32,000 nucleotides of DNA from Candidatus Saccharimonadota bacterium (GCA_023898645.1 CP060232.1:630001-662000); one strand, 5' to 3'. Counted from the stretch's first letter, positions 1 through 8,569 are shown. Numbers and translations are program-made. The notes: a model not told the origin generated them from the sequence alone.

Positions 1-1
1 C

Positions 2-1732
2 ACACGACCGCTATTTCAAGTAAACCTGCGCGTACTTGTCAAAAGCCCCGATGCAAAACAACATATCATTGCACTCCGATCAGCACTTGACGGCTATAGT
101 GTTCTGCCATATCAGTCTATCAAGGCGAGGCTATCCCTACCGATTATTGATAAACTACGCCAGCGTAACGCGACAAATCGACTGCCATCACTCTTCCGCA
201 AGTCAGCAATGATCCTGGCTTCAACGGAGCTTGCAAGTCTTTACCACTTCCCATCGAGCCAAGTAAGTAAAACTGATAACCTCATTACGTCACTTAGTCG
301 TACGCTACCAGCACCCGTATCACTCAAATCTGGCAAAAAGTTATCAATTCTAATCGGTGATAACTACCATCATGAGACAATCACACCTATCGGTCTTACC
401 GAGGAAGAACGAGAACGGCACATGTATATCATTGGTGGTACGGGCAACGGTAAAACAACAATGCTGTTTTATGAGATATTGCAGGATATACGTGCAGGCA
501 ATGGCGTAGCAGTATTAGATCCCCACGGTGATCTTGCCGAGCGTATCTTGCGGTACATACCAGAGGAGCGTATCAATGACGTTATTTACCTCAACCCTGA
601 TGACCTAGCATATCCAATCGGTATGAATTTGCTTGAACTATCGCCCGATCTTGAAGGAGATGATCTTCTGCGAGAAAAAGACCTTATTACTGAGGCTACT
701 ATTTCAGTATTGCGTAAGATATTTTCCGAGGACGACAGTGGTGGCCATCGTATCGAGTACGTACTTCGTAACACCATACAAACGGCTCTAACGCTTGAAG
801 ATCCGACTCTATTTACCATCTTTGAGTTGCTCAATGATGCTAAATATCGTCGCAAGGTAGTAAAAACACTCGAAGATAAAAACCTGAAAGACTTTTGGAA
901 CAACGAGCTTGGCAAAGCTGGTGATATGCAGAAAGTTAAAATGGCCGCAGGTATTACCGCTAAAATTGGACGCTTCCTGTTCTCCGCATCTGCTCGCCGT
1001 ATGATTGAGCAACCAAAATCTACAATCAACTTTGAGGATATCCTAGCAGGTCGCAAGATACTGGTATGCAACTTCTCTAAGGGTCTTCTTGGAGAAGATA
1101 CCTCGGCACTATTTGGTACGACTGTTCTTGCGAAGCTACAAACTGCGTCCTTACGCCGCGCACGCATCGGACAAGGCGAACGCACTCCATACTATCTGTA
1201 TGTTGACGAGTTTCAGAACTTCGCTACAACGAGCTTCGTACAGATGCTATCGGAGGCGCGAAAGTATAAATTATTCCTCACTATGGCCGAACAATCTACC
1301 TCACAGCAAGATGAGCAACGCCTCGTAGATATAATTCTTGCTAACGTCGGTACAGTGGTATGTTTCCGCTCAGGTAGTCCGTCGGACGAGCGACTTGTCT
1401 TGCCGCTATTCATGCCGTTCATTCAGCAAGGCGAGATAGCCAACTTACCAGCTTATTCATACTATGTGCGCATCTCAGCCGTGAATGCTCAAGAACCGAT
1501 GTCAGGTGTAACAGTGGTCGTTAAAGAAACTGGAGATGAATCTATAGCTCGAAAAGTGATCGAGACATCACGTCAACTTTACGCAAAGAAAGTTGAACTA
1601 GAAGAAAAAGAACCTAATGAACCAAAACAAAAAGATACGGCTAAAATATCTCAAAAATCTACAAAACCGAAGAAGAAGCGAGCGAGCAAAAAGCCAGATG
1701 ACGAGCTATCCACGATGAAGTCGGTGACTTAG
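2..1732 (+). CDS. P-loop ATPase, TraD/VirD4-type (type IV secretion coupling-protein-like); 5' partial, runs off the window
   Basis: I translated frame 2 from nt 2 to the ATG at 209 and found no stop, so the ORF-track Met is internal. Walker A is GGTGNGKTT and a Walker B-like motif is YYLYVDEFQNF. ELASLYHFP is, from memory, a motif typical of this family. The C-terminal tail is Lys/Glu-rich. Confidence 0.7.
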   Translation, partial: TRPLFQVNLRVLVKSPDAKQHIIALRSALDGYSVLPYQSIKARLSLPIIDKLRQRNATNRLPSLFRKSAMILASTELASLYHFPSSQVSKTDNLITSLSRTLPAPVSLKSGKKLSILIGDNYHHETITPIGLTEEERERHMYIIGGTGNGKTTMLFYEILQDIRAGNGVAVLDPHGDLAERILRYIPEERINDVIYLNPDDLAYPIGMNLLELSPDLEGDDLLREKDLITEATISVLRKIFSEDDSGGHRIEYVLRNTIQTALTLEDPTLFTIFELLNDAKYRRKVVKTLEDKNLKDFWNNELGKAGDMQKVKMAAGITAKIGRFLFSASARRMIEQPKSTINFEDILAGRKILVCNFSKGLLGEDTSALFGTTVLAKLQTASLRRARIGQGERTPYYLYVDEFQNFATTSFVQMLSEARKYKLFLTMAEQSTSQQDEQRLVDIILANVGTVVCFRSGSPSDERLVLPLFMPFIQQGEIANLPAYSYYVRISAVNAQEPMSGVTVVVKETGDESIARKVIETSRQLYAKKVELEEKEPNEPKQKDTAKISQKSTKPKKKRASKKPDDELSTMKSVT

Positions 1733-1756
1733 ATATTACCAAATCAGATCAAGCTA

Positions 1757-1785
1757 TTGCTTATTTTATTATTTCGTGCTATAAT
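1757..1785 (+). promoter_or_regulatory. Sigma70-like promoter of the DGR target gene (TTGCTT-17 nt-TGcTATAAT)
   Basis: The -35 ttgctt is at 1757-1762 and the -10 tataat is at 1780-1785, with an exact 17-nt spacer and an upstream TG (extended -10). It would give a ~140-nt leader containing an 11-bp stem (1821-1831 / 1857-1867, one G.U pair). Confidence 0.55.
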
Positions 1786-1933
1786 AGTCATCGAACCTTA
1801 ACAGTTTAGCACTCCCTACTGAGAGCGGCGTTTTATATACAAATCTTGCATGTAATACGCCGTTCTCAATCGACAGTTGAGATCACCGCTGCAAGTCGCA
1901 TCGGAGAAGTCTACGGCAAGGAAGAGGGTCATC

Positions 1934-2647
1934 ATGACCACCATCGAGCAGTTGGCCGGTATCACCGCTCAGCACAACGAGATCGTCAAGCGTGTCGGCA
2001 ACGGCTCGCTCGACCCCGCCGCCGTCAAGCGGGCACTCCAGGACATCATCGAGGGCAAGCTGCCCACGCTGACCTGGAACCCGCCCACCTGGTGGCGTAC
2101 CCCCGAGCAGCAGCTCGAGCGTGCTCGCCAGCTCTGGCCGAACGCCGTTCTGCCCGAGCCGCCCAAGGAGTTCACGCCCCGGACGAAGTCCGAGGTGCTG
2201 CTGCTCCACGTGCCGGACATGTTCGACTCCCTCTGGGACAAGGTCGTCGCCCCCACGGACTACACCAAGTACCGGTGGGAGGGTGTCAAGTCTGACAAGC
2301 GGAACCTGCGTCTCTCGCCGAACAAGCGTGAGTACACGGAGCCCGTCTGGTTGGCTTTCGACCCCGAGCGCGGTAAGGGTGAGCGTCCCGACTCCTTCTG
2401 GGGTCAGGCCGACACCGCTGCCAGCGAGGTCTTCTCGGCGCTGATCCAGTTCCCTGAGTGGTCACTCGCGTGGTTCAACGGTGCTTCGGCTCCGAACCTC
2501 TCGGGCTACCAGCTCAAGTACGACGGGAACTGGTCGAACGTTCCGTCCCTCCACCGGTGGGACGTCGACCGCCAGCTGCGGCTGTGCGACCGCTGGGCTG
2601 CCCACCGGCTTGCCCACTGGTCGTCTCCGTCGGTCAGGGAGTGCTGA
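1934..2647 (+). CDS. DGR variable (target) protein, 237 aa, no recognisable N-terminal signal peptide or TM; the C-terminal ~37 codons are the VR
   Basis: The ATG at 1934 is preceded by ggaagaggg (SD-like). The ORF-track TTG at 1877 is less likely. The gene is strongly GC3-biased: 36 of its first 40 codons end in G/C. The VR occupies the 3' end, as in known DGR targets. The C-terminus reads NWSNVPSLHRWDVDRQLRLCDRWAAHRLAHWSSPSVREC. Confidence 0.85.
   Translation: MTTIEQLAGITAQHNEIVKRVGNGSLDPAAVKRALQDIIEGKLPTLTWNPPTWWRTPEQQLERARQLWPNAVLPEPPKEFTPRTKSEVLLLHVPDMFDSLWDKVVAPTDYTKYRWEGVKSDKRNLRLSPNKREYTEPVWLAFDPERGKGERPDSFWGQADTAASEVFSALIQFPEWSLAWFNGASAPNLSGYQLKYDGNWSNVPSLHRWDVDRQLRLCDRWAAHRLAHWSSPSVREC
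2529..2640 (+). repeat. DGR variable region (VR)
   Basis: Aligns without gaps to 3023-3134 at a constant offset of 494 nt. It differs from TR at 15 positions, and all 15 are adenines in TR. The invariant GC-rich 3' block tggtcgtctccgtcggtcaggga is IMH-like. Confidence 0.9.
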
Positions 2648-2651
2648 CACT

Positions 2652-2665
2652 GGAACCTTGGTTCC
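2652..2665 (+). other. Perfect palindrome ggaacc-tt-ggttcc 5 nt after the target stop codon (candidate DGR target-site hairpin/cruciform)
   Basis: Read directly from the sequence: ggaacc at 2652-2657 and ggttcc at 2660-2665. Confidence 0.5.
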
Positions 2666-2668
2666 TTG

Positions 2669-2731
2669 GTATCCGGAGGGGTTTGGTTTCTTGGATCTTG
2701 ATCCTTGAAAACTTTTTACCTCTCCGGATAC
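2669..2731 (+). other. 10-bp inverted repeat gtatccggag / ctccggatac enclosing ~43 nt, in the target 3' UTR
   Basis: The arms are at 2669-2678 and 2722-2731 and are perfectly complementary. Confidence 0.5.
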
Positions 2732-2765
2732 CTGCACTCACTTTTGAATTTGTCCCTTAACCGTT

Positions 2766-2797
2766 CCTCTGCTTTAGCAGAGGCGTTTTTAATTTTT
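2766..2797 (+). terminator. Rho-independent terminator of the target gene
   Basis: The stem cctctgc (2766-2772) pairs with gcagagg (2777-2783) around a ttta loop, followed by cgtttttaattttt. Confidence 0.7.
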
Positions 2798-3022
2798 GCT
2801 AAAATAGGAAGTGAATTGGTTACTGAACGTATGTTCACGGATATGCGTCACTGATTCCGTGTTTTGAAACTGACAGAATTACCTTATTTACGGATCAGGT
2901 AAGCGTGCAGGCAGAATATCGAGCACTCCGTGCAATCCGCTTGAGATATGTATCTCGTATAAAATACAGGGTTTGGATGCGTCTGGACCCGGTGGCACCG
3001 GATGGTGGATCGCGCTATACCG

Positions 3023-3134
3023 ACTGGTCGAACGTTCCGTACCTCAACCGGTGGGACGACGACCGCCAGCTGAAGCTGAACGACAACTGGGCTGACAACC
3101 GGAATGACAACTGGTCGTCTCCGTCGGTCAGGGA
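3023..3134 (+). repeat. DGR template region (TR)
   Basis: This is the A-rich counterpart of the VR, with 27 adenines. It has 7 AAY codons in the VR reading frame (3031, 3046, 3079, 3085, 3097, 3103, 3109), and 6 of them are changed in VR. The ORF-track ORF 2905..3144 merely reflects the frame inherited from VR. Confidence 0.9.
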
Positions 3135-3418
3135 CTGCTCGTGATGGATTTCAGCCAGCCTCCCAGCATGCGTCCAATTTCACTACAAGTGGAATCGAGC
3201 TGCTGGTAGGCCTGGTTAGAAACGCATTTACAGTCTTTACACAAATTGAGGAGCAAGCGGAGGCTATCGAGTCGTACGGATGCTTCGTTTATGTAAGCGG
3301 CCTTATCTGACGGTTTAGTACTACTAGCAGCCCGCAGTGATAGCCGCAGGAGTTCAAGTATTTCGCTCTGACACGTCGCGCCGAGACTGTAGCGCTCTGA
3401 TTTTGGAAATGCAATCAA
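3128..3418 (-). CDS. avd: Avd-like accessory variability determinant (four-helix-bundle protein), encoded antisense to TR and RT
   Basis: Contains FPKSERYSLG...LRAA (a four-helix-bundle / 23S-IVS-protein-like motif) and a C-terminal EIGRMLGGWLKS resembling BPP-1 bAvd ...EVGRILGSWIARV (from memory). The ORF-track start is a TTG at 3418. The Avd-like helix-1 sequence (VYHLYESFHEC) continues upstream with no ATG/GTG/TTG, so the true start is unresolved. The stop codon and last codons overlap the TR 3' end (3128-3134). Confidence 0.75.
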   Translation of the reverse strand: MIAFPKSERYSLGATCQSEILELLRLSLRAASSTKPSDKAAYINEASVRLDSLRLLLNLCKDCKCVSNQAYQQLDSTCSEIGRMLGGWLKSITSSP

Positions 3419-3461
3419 ACATTCATGAAAGGATTCGTATAGGTGGTAGACGCTACTGACA

Positions 3462-4562
<1,101 letters not shown>

Positions 4563-4588
4563 AAATACGACTCAGGTATAATAAGGAC

Positions 4589-4987
4589 ATGAATGTTTAT
4601 CTGGACATTGACGGTGTATTGCTAGCCAACGAGAGTAACGCGGCTAACTATGCAGATGAGTTTCTACAGGCTGTACTAGCAACATATCCCGATTCTACCT
4701 ATTGGCTGACTACACACAATTGGAGAGGCGAAAACAGGACTAAAGAAGTGCTCGCACCACACCTCAGACCGGAAACCGTGCCACTACTGGATAAAATTAA
4801 GCCGTCCGTCTGGAATGAAATGAAGACGGACGGAATAAACTTCTCTGAGAAGTTTATATGGCTCGATGATGACTTATGGCAGGATGAGCTAAAGGTACTT
4901 GAGCGACACAATGCCACCGATAACTTTATCTTAATAGACCTTCAGAAAAACCCAAACCAACTAAAAGATATAGCCGAGATTATTTAG
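4589..4987 (+). CDS. HAD-superfamily-like small protein (DxDGV motif)
   Basis: Begins MNVYLDIDGVLL (HAD motif I, DxD) and later has FIWLDDD (an acidic motif IV-like sequence). It starts 27 nt after the RT stop on the same strand. Confidence 0.45.
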   Translation: MNVYLDIDGVLLANESNAANYADEFLQAVLATYPDSTYWLTTHNWRGENRTKEVLAPHLRPETVPLLDKIKPSVWNEMKTDGINFSEKFIWLDDDLWQDELKVLERHNATDNFILIDLQKNPNQLKDIAEII

Positions 4988-5489
4988 TCTTTTTATGATC
5001 TTTTAGGTAGTCGCGCATTACCGCAAAGACCATGAGTCTCTTACGAGCACCAGCACCACGTGGTTTTACGATAATTGCATAGAGCGCTAAAACGCCTAAA
5101 GCTATAAGCACGCCTCCAATGTAGTAGTACCAATTTGACCAAAATAGGACTGCCGGTAACAGTGTGATAGGCAAAACACGAACTAAGATTACTCGCACTA
5201 ACGTGTCGTAATATTTCCTGAATCGCTTATACGCTGAGGGGCGAGCCGACTGGTGTATGCGCAGATAATCTGCGTAGTCTTTCACGGCTATTGTTTCCGT
5301 GTACTTCAGATGCTCGTAAACCGATTCTTGCTCAGTATTATCATACAATCCGTAGAAGCTATCTTTTGACCTAAAGAATGCATAGTGAAGTACAACAAGG
5401 ATCCAATCGATAGCCTGTGAAAAATGTAGGTACGCAAGACCAAACAAAACTCCGGCACTTAACGCTAGATATTCCATACTATCTATCAT
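4980..5489 (-). CDS. Hypothetical integral membrane protein
   Basis: Has several hydrophobic helices (ALSAGVLFGLAYL, LLPAVLFWSNWYYYIGGVLIALGVLALYAIIV). Its start abuts the stop of the upstream PLD-like gene, so the two are probably an operon. Confidence 0.55.
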   Translation of the reverse strand: MIDSMEYLALSAGVLFGLAYLHFSQAIDWILVVLHYAFFRSKDSFYGLYDNTEQESVYEHLKYTETIAVKDYADYLRIHQSARPSAYKRFRKYYDTLVRVILVRVLPITLLPAVLFWSNWYYYIGGVLIALGVLALYAIIVKPRGAGARKRLMVFAVMRDYLKDHKKTK

Positions 5490-5490
5490 A

Positions 5491-5937
5491 TCATTTATAC
5501 CATTTTTCCAGTTTTATGAAGCGTAGCATCTCTTGTACTGACGAAGCATCGTCTATGCGACGCATTAACTCACAGCTATCATTTTGAGATAGTATGTTCA
5601 AACTACCTTCGTAGAGGATATCATCGATGATAGCTAGTTTCCTGTGATGGCCGATCGTCATTAGGACAGTAACTCCCATACTCTGCATCATTTCGATAGC
5701 CTTGATCACTTGATCTTGATACTGCGGATCATGCTCCTCAATAGGTTTCGTATTCACGATAACCTCAACGCCGCGCTTTTTAAGTTTTGCAAAGACGACA
5801 AGCAAGGATATAGAACGACGCTGAGTAATGAACGGACTTTCTATAACTACACGATGTCTTGCACTCCGAAGGTCTTTGTAAAACCTGTCATAAAATGTAG
5901 ACTGATTGTAGAGTGAAGATGATGATAGCCTAAACAT
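5491..5937 (-). CDS. Phospholipase D-family (HKD motif) protein, Nuc-like nuclease/phosphodiesterase
   Basis: The HKD motif is GHHRKLAIIDD (HxKxxxxD). I moved the start to the ATG at 5937-5935, which is preceded by aggagg (5943-5948) with a 5-nt spacer. The longer ORF-track N-terminus reads through a hairpin-rich region and is probably not coding. Confidence 0.7.
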   Translation of the reverse strand: MFRLSSSSLYNQSTFYDRFYKDLRSARHRVVIESPFITQRRSISLLVVFAKLKKRGVEVIVNTKPIEEHDPQYQDQVIKAIEMMQSMGVTVLMTIGHHRKLAIIDDILYEGSLNILSQNDSCELMRRIDDASSVQEMLRFIKLEKWYK

Positions 5938-5998
5938 TTTTACCTCCTGAAATAGCGTTTTCGCTAACAGAGTAAAAAGTTCTATCTTCATCCATGTA

Positions 5999-6204
5999 CC
6001 CCTGCCAAGAAGAGAAGCCAGCCTAGTGCTGGCTCTTCTTCTTGGCAATCGAGCATGAGGATCGAACCTCAGTCGCGGCTGCTTTAGCAGGCGCAAGATT
6101 GAGATACGCGTACTGTCAAATCTTTGATTTGCACAGTACCTAGCGGATGTTCCTCGCTAGCATAGCGAGGACATCCAAGCGTCGGACTCATGCCCCTGCC
6201 AAGA
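5999..6204 (-). other. Highly structured intergenic element: four near-perfect hairpins plus a tRNA T-arm-like hairpin, bounded by 12-bp direct repeats. Candidate ncRNA or insertion remnant.
   Basis: The direct repeat cccctgccaaga is at 5999-6010 and 6193-6204. A second direct repeat caagattgaga is at 6094-6104 and 6200-6210. Hairpins lie at 6005-6045 (18 paired positions, 1 mismatch, 1 G.U), 6074-6094, 6110-6139 and 6145-6176. On the minus strand, 6056-6071 reads tgagg-ttcgat-cctca. The strand assignment is tentative. Confidence 0.4.
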
Positions 6205-6230
6205 TTGAGAATTTCACTATTACACTAAAA

Positions 6231-6264
6231 CATAAAAATACTCCGCGCCTGATGACGCGGAGTA
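6231..6264 (-). terminator. Rho-independent terminator of CDS 6300..6500
   Basis: On the minus strand the stem is tactccgcg / cgcggagta (9 bp, 6239-6264) with an 8-nt loop, followed by tttttatgtttt. Confidence 0.7.
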
Positions 6265-6299
6265 CTTCTATGTAAAGCACATGCGCGTCCGACGCGGAG

Positions 6300-6500
6300 T
6301 TATACCTGGTCGACTAATTGTCGAGAAACACGTGAGACAAGGCTTGGCATAGGAGGAAAGCATCCCCACTCTCGTGGCAACATGCCACCATTCGCAGCGC
6401 GTACCTCATCAGCCCTTTGACGCCAAACCGCATCAGTGCAAGCTTCCTGCACATAACGGCGAGCGTCAGAGCGGATAGTCAGGTCAATGTTGTTGCTCAT
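6300..6500 (-). CDS. Hypothetical protein (66 aa)
   Basis: I chose the ATG at 6500-6498 (MSNNIDL...), which is preceded by taaggaa. A terminator follows the gene. No family was recognised. Confidence 0.5.
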   Translation of the reverse strand: MSNNIDLTIRSDARRYVQEACTDAVWRQRADEVRAANGGMLPREWGCFPPMPSLVSRVSRQLVDQV

Positions 6501-6711
6501 CAAATTCCTTACTATTGTCGTGTCAGGCACATCCAACTACAAGGTTAGATATGTATATTATAACACATTACATAACTATTTGGAATAGGCCAATTCAAAA
6601 TTCGTAACAACAATATGCAAGAAAATTACAGCTAGATATTTAAATATAATGCCGTATATGTCAATAGTGTGCTAAAATTGACAAAGTATCAATAAAGATT
6701 GGACCTATAAA

Positions 6712-6792
6712 ATGGCTAAACAACGCAACAAGCACGGAGCTTCGCACAAGCGACGCATGAAAAAGAAGAAGCTGGCAGCTCTGAACAAGTAG
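6712..6792 (+). CDS. Candidate 26-aa highly basic peptide MAKQRNKHGASHKRRMKKKKLAALNK
   Basis: Too short for the ORF track. An extended -10-like tgctaaaat lies at 6669-6677, and a strong terminator starts 33 nt after the stop. There is no clear SD sequence. Confidence 0.3.
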   Translation: MAKQRNKHGASHKRRMKKKKLAALNK

Positions 6793-6824
6793 CCATAGAG
6801 CTCATCCATCAGAATAGCTATATA

Positions 6825-6858
6825 ATATCCCGACGATAATGTCGGGATATTTTATTTC
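6825..6858 (+). terminator. Rho-independent terminator
   Basis: A 10-bp stem atatcccgac (6825-6834) / gtcgggatat (6841-6850) with loop gataat, followed by tttatttc. Confidence 0.7.
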
Positions 6859-6865
6859 ATGCAAA

Positions 6866-7627
6866 TCAAGCAATCTCAGAATTTAAACGTAAGGACAGGG
6901 GAGGCGCGTTTGCTTTGTTTCGATGCGTATTTCGCCACGTACCAAACCTATAAGCAGCCACTCCTACTGCAAGTGCGCTACCATGCGATATCATATCAAT
7001 TTTACCGTCATCTCCACCCAAAAATACATAGGCACCAAACGTCATTATTGAAGCAAATGCCGCGGCACCAAGCTTCCATCGTCGACGTTTTGTTTCATCC
7101 TCGGCACTTACTGCACGATCAAGCAAAAACTTTGTCCCCCAAGCAGCCGCTATCGACGACGAGCCCACGTCCACAGTATTGCCAATGAGGCCAGTTTGAT
7201 CAATCAGCGCATCTGTTCCGCAACTAATCATCTGCGCACTAATGGCGGTGGCCGCCAGCTCGCGTAACGGCGTCGTTCGACGGGCAGCTTCGAGAGTAGC
7301 GAGAGTAAGCCCGGTCGCTCCGGCAAAATCTAGTTCCTTAATACCAATACCATCCGGTGTTCCAAACGCCGAAGGGATTGCCATTTCTAGTTGTTTTGTC
7401 AGCGGGTCGCTGGTGTGTACGGCTAAACTATCGCCATACACCAAATTTACAGCGACTAGTCCTAAAGCTGCGGCAACTGTTACTTTAGCATCCTTCAGAT
7501 AGTCGATCGCGCGACGATAAATTGTACGATTTTCTTGTGATTGGTCGTCAAGATTATCTGCTTCAGAGGTTGTAAAAACACCATCTTCAAAACTTGCCAT
7601 ATCAATGCATTTTACCATCATTCTCAA
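6866..7627 (-). CDS. Hypothetical protein, Ala/Gly-rich with hydrophobic segments
   Basis: Long ORF with no family recognised. The start is ambiguous: a TTG at 7627 or the ATGs a few codons downstream. Confidence 0.5.
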   Translation of the reverse strand: MRMMVKCIDMASFEDGVFTTSEADNLDDQSQENRTIYRRAIDYLKDAKVTVAAALGLVAVNLVYGDSLAVHTSDPLTKQLEMAIPSAFGTPDGIGIKELDFAGATGLTLATLEAARRTTPLRELAATAISAQMISCGTDALIDQTGLIGNTVDVGSSSIAAAWGTKFLLDRAVSAEDETKRRRWKLGAAAFASIMTFGAYVFLGGDDGKIDMISHGSALAVGVAAYRFGTWRNTHRNKANAPPLSLRLNSEIA

Positions 7628-7646
7628 TCTGCGCTAAAATAGATAG

Positions 7647-7919
7647 GTGAAGAACAACAAGAGTCTCAACTTTTTCAAAAACAAAAATGGCGAATGGACA
7701 ATTGCTCAATTTCCAAACTTTCCGATTATAGCGTGGCTGCTGCTGTATATCTCACTCTTTTTCATAGGTGACAGCAACTTGAAAAGTAGCGTCCATTCTC
7801 TTAGCAATGCATTTTTATTTACGTGGGCCTATCTAGAGATCGCAATGGGCGACAGTGGTTTTCGTCGACTACTCGGCGGCGTTGTGATACTTTCCGTAAT
7901 ATACGGCTACTTCAACTAG
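7647..7919 (+). CDS. Hypothetical small membrane protein
   Basis: GTG start and two or three hydrophobic helices (FPIIAWLLLYISLFFIG, LLGGVVILSVIYGYF). Confidence 0.45.
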   Translation: MKNNKSLNFFKNKNGEWTIAQFPNFPIIAWLLLYISLFFIGDSNLKSSVHSLSNAFLFTWAYLEIAMGDSGFRRLLGGVVILSVIYGYFN

Positions 7920-8569
7920 TCATCATTAGGTTCAAATCGGTCTTCATCCGTATGATTCGTTACCGGATGCTTAACAGTAGGGCTAACCGTCGACGATGGT
8001 GACGTAGCACTATTTCTGTTCAATATATTCGAGATAGTAGGCACTGCTGGTGCGACAGGAACTCTAGGCACCTTTGGCTTCGATATAACTTCAAAATCCT
8101 GATACGGCAGAGCATTGTAATATTCCACATACGCCACTACTCGGTACTTGCCCGGCTTATTAAATAGATGGCGCCACTCTTTAAACGTACCGGACATTGA
8201 TCCATTTGCCGGCACGGCTATCTGACGACCCTCCAAGGGACAATCGCTCAGAGCGACCGTATCGTGAATCCGTTTCCAGGTGCCACTTTCTAATTTAAAT
8301 ACTTCTAACGGCTCGGACGGACAGTTGTTGGTTACATAAATAGTACTATTGAAACCATTGTGTACAGTAAACGGCACGGTTTCACCTACTAAAAACTTAG
8401 AATAGGGAATTGATAATCGCACATCACCAACAGGAACGCTATGAGTGCCTATCTGACTGCCAAATTGATACAGCGCGAACAGTGCTCCTGCCAGCAGAAC
8501 CGCATAAACAATCGCCCACATAATGCGCCAACGTACCGGGCTATACGCATATAAAAGTTCACCTTTCAT
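7916..8569 (-). CDS. Hypothetical exported/anchored protein with an N-terminal TM helix and a beta-rich domain
   Basis: I set the start at the ATG 8569-8567, which overlaps the upstream stop as ATGA (translational coupling). The TM helix is WAIVYAVLLAGALFALY. It is the last gene of the flavin/heme operon. Confidence 0.55.
   Translation of the reverse strand: MKGELLYAYSPVRWRIMWAIVYAVLLAGALFALYQFGSQIGTHSVPVGDVRLSIPYSKFLVGETVPFTVHNGFNSTIYVTNNCPSEPLEVFKLESGTWKRIHDTVALSDCPLEGRQIAVPANGSMSGTFKEWRHLFNKPGKYRVVAYVEYYNALPYQDFEVISKPKVPRVPVAPAVPTISNILNRNSATSPSSTVSPTVKHPVTNHTDEDRFEPNDD

Noticed and set aside
1846-2760. Many overlapping ORF-track ORFs on both strands: 1846..2295, 1883..2209(-), 1969..2256(-), 2121..2444, 2458..2760, 2462..2737(-), 2481..2708
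   Set aside because: They are the usual long spurious frames of a GC3-rich gene. Only the 1934..2647 frame has an SD plus ATG, ends in the VR and matches the TR reading frame.
2732-2765. Possibility that the DGR target 3' UTR carries the same 3'-box/5'-box system as the rplK-rplA island units (spacer contains cactcactttt between a long hairpin and the terminator)
   Set aside because: I searched the target 5' UTR (1792-1933) for the reverse complement and found only a 6-mer (acaaat). There is therefore no support for pairing; only the general layout is similar.
2905-3144. 79-aa ORF covering the TR, a possible second target gene or pseudogene
   Set aside because: It is open only because TR inherits the VR frame. 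It starts at a non-ATG codon (GTG at 2905), has no SD and its N-terminal part is not protein-like. It is better described as the non-coding TR and its 5' flank.
3104-3310. 68-aa + strand ORF opposite avd
   Set aside because: It is antisense to the well-supported Avd-like frame and has no motif or RBS.
5938-6096. N-terminal 52-aa extension of the PLD-like ORF (track start 6096)
   Set aside because: It reads through stacked hairpins as Arg/Leu-rich junk. A perfect AGGAGG-N5-ATG is present at 5937.
6040-6125. tRNA gene on the minus strand, suggested by GGTTCGATCC and a downstream ...GCCA
   Set aside because: The T-loop would be 6 nt. No acceptor 5' strand complementary to the 3' side, no D-arm and no 7-nt anticodon loop could be found. 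The adjacent hairpin has a tetraloop.
5985-6210. tmRNA, because the minus strand begins ggggcatgagtccgacg, reminiscent of GGGGCUGAUUCUGGAUUCGACG
   Set aside because: There is no matching 3' acceptor strand. The region is too short before it runs into the PLD CDS. No frame gives a plausible tag peptide ending in a hydrophobic/Ala C-terminus.
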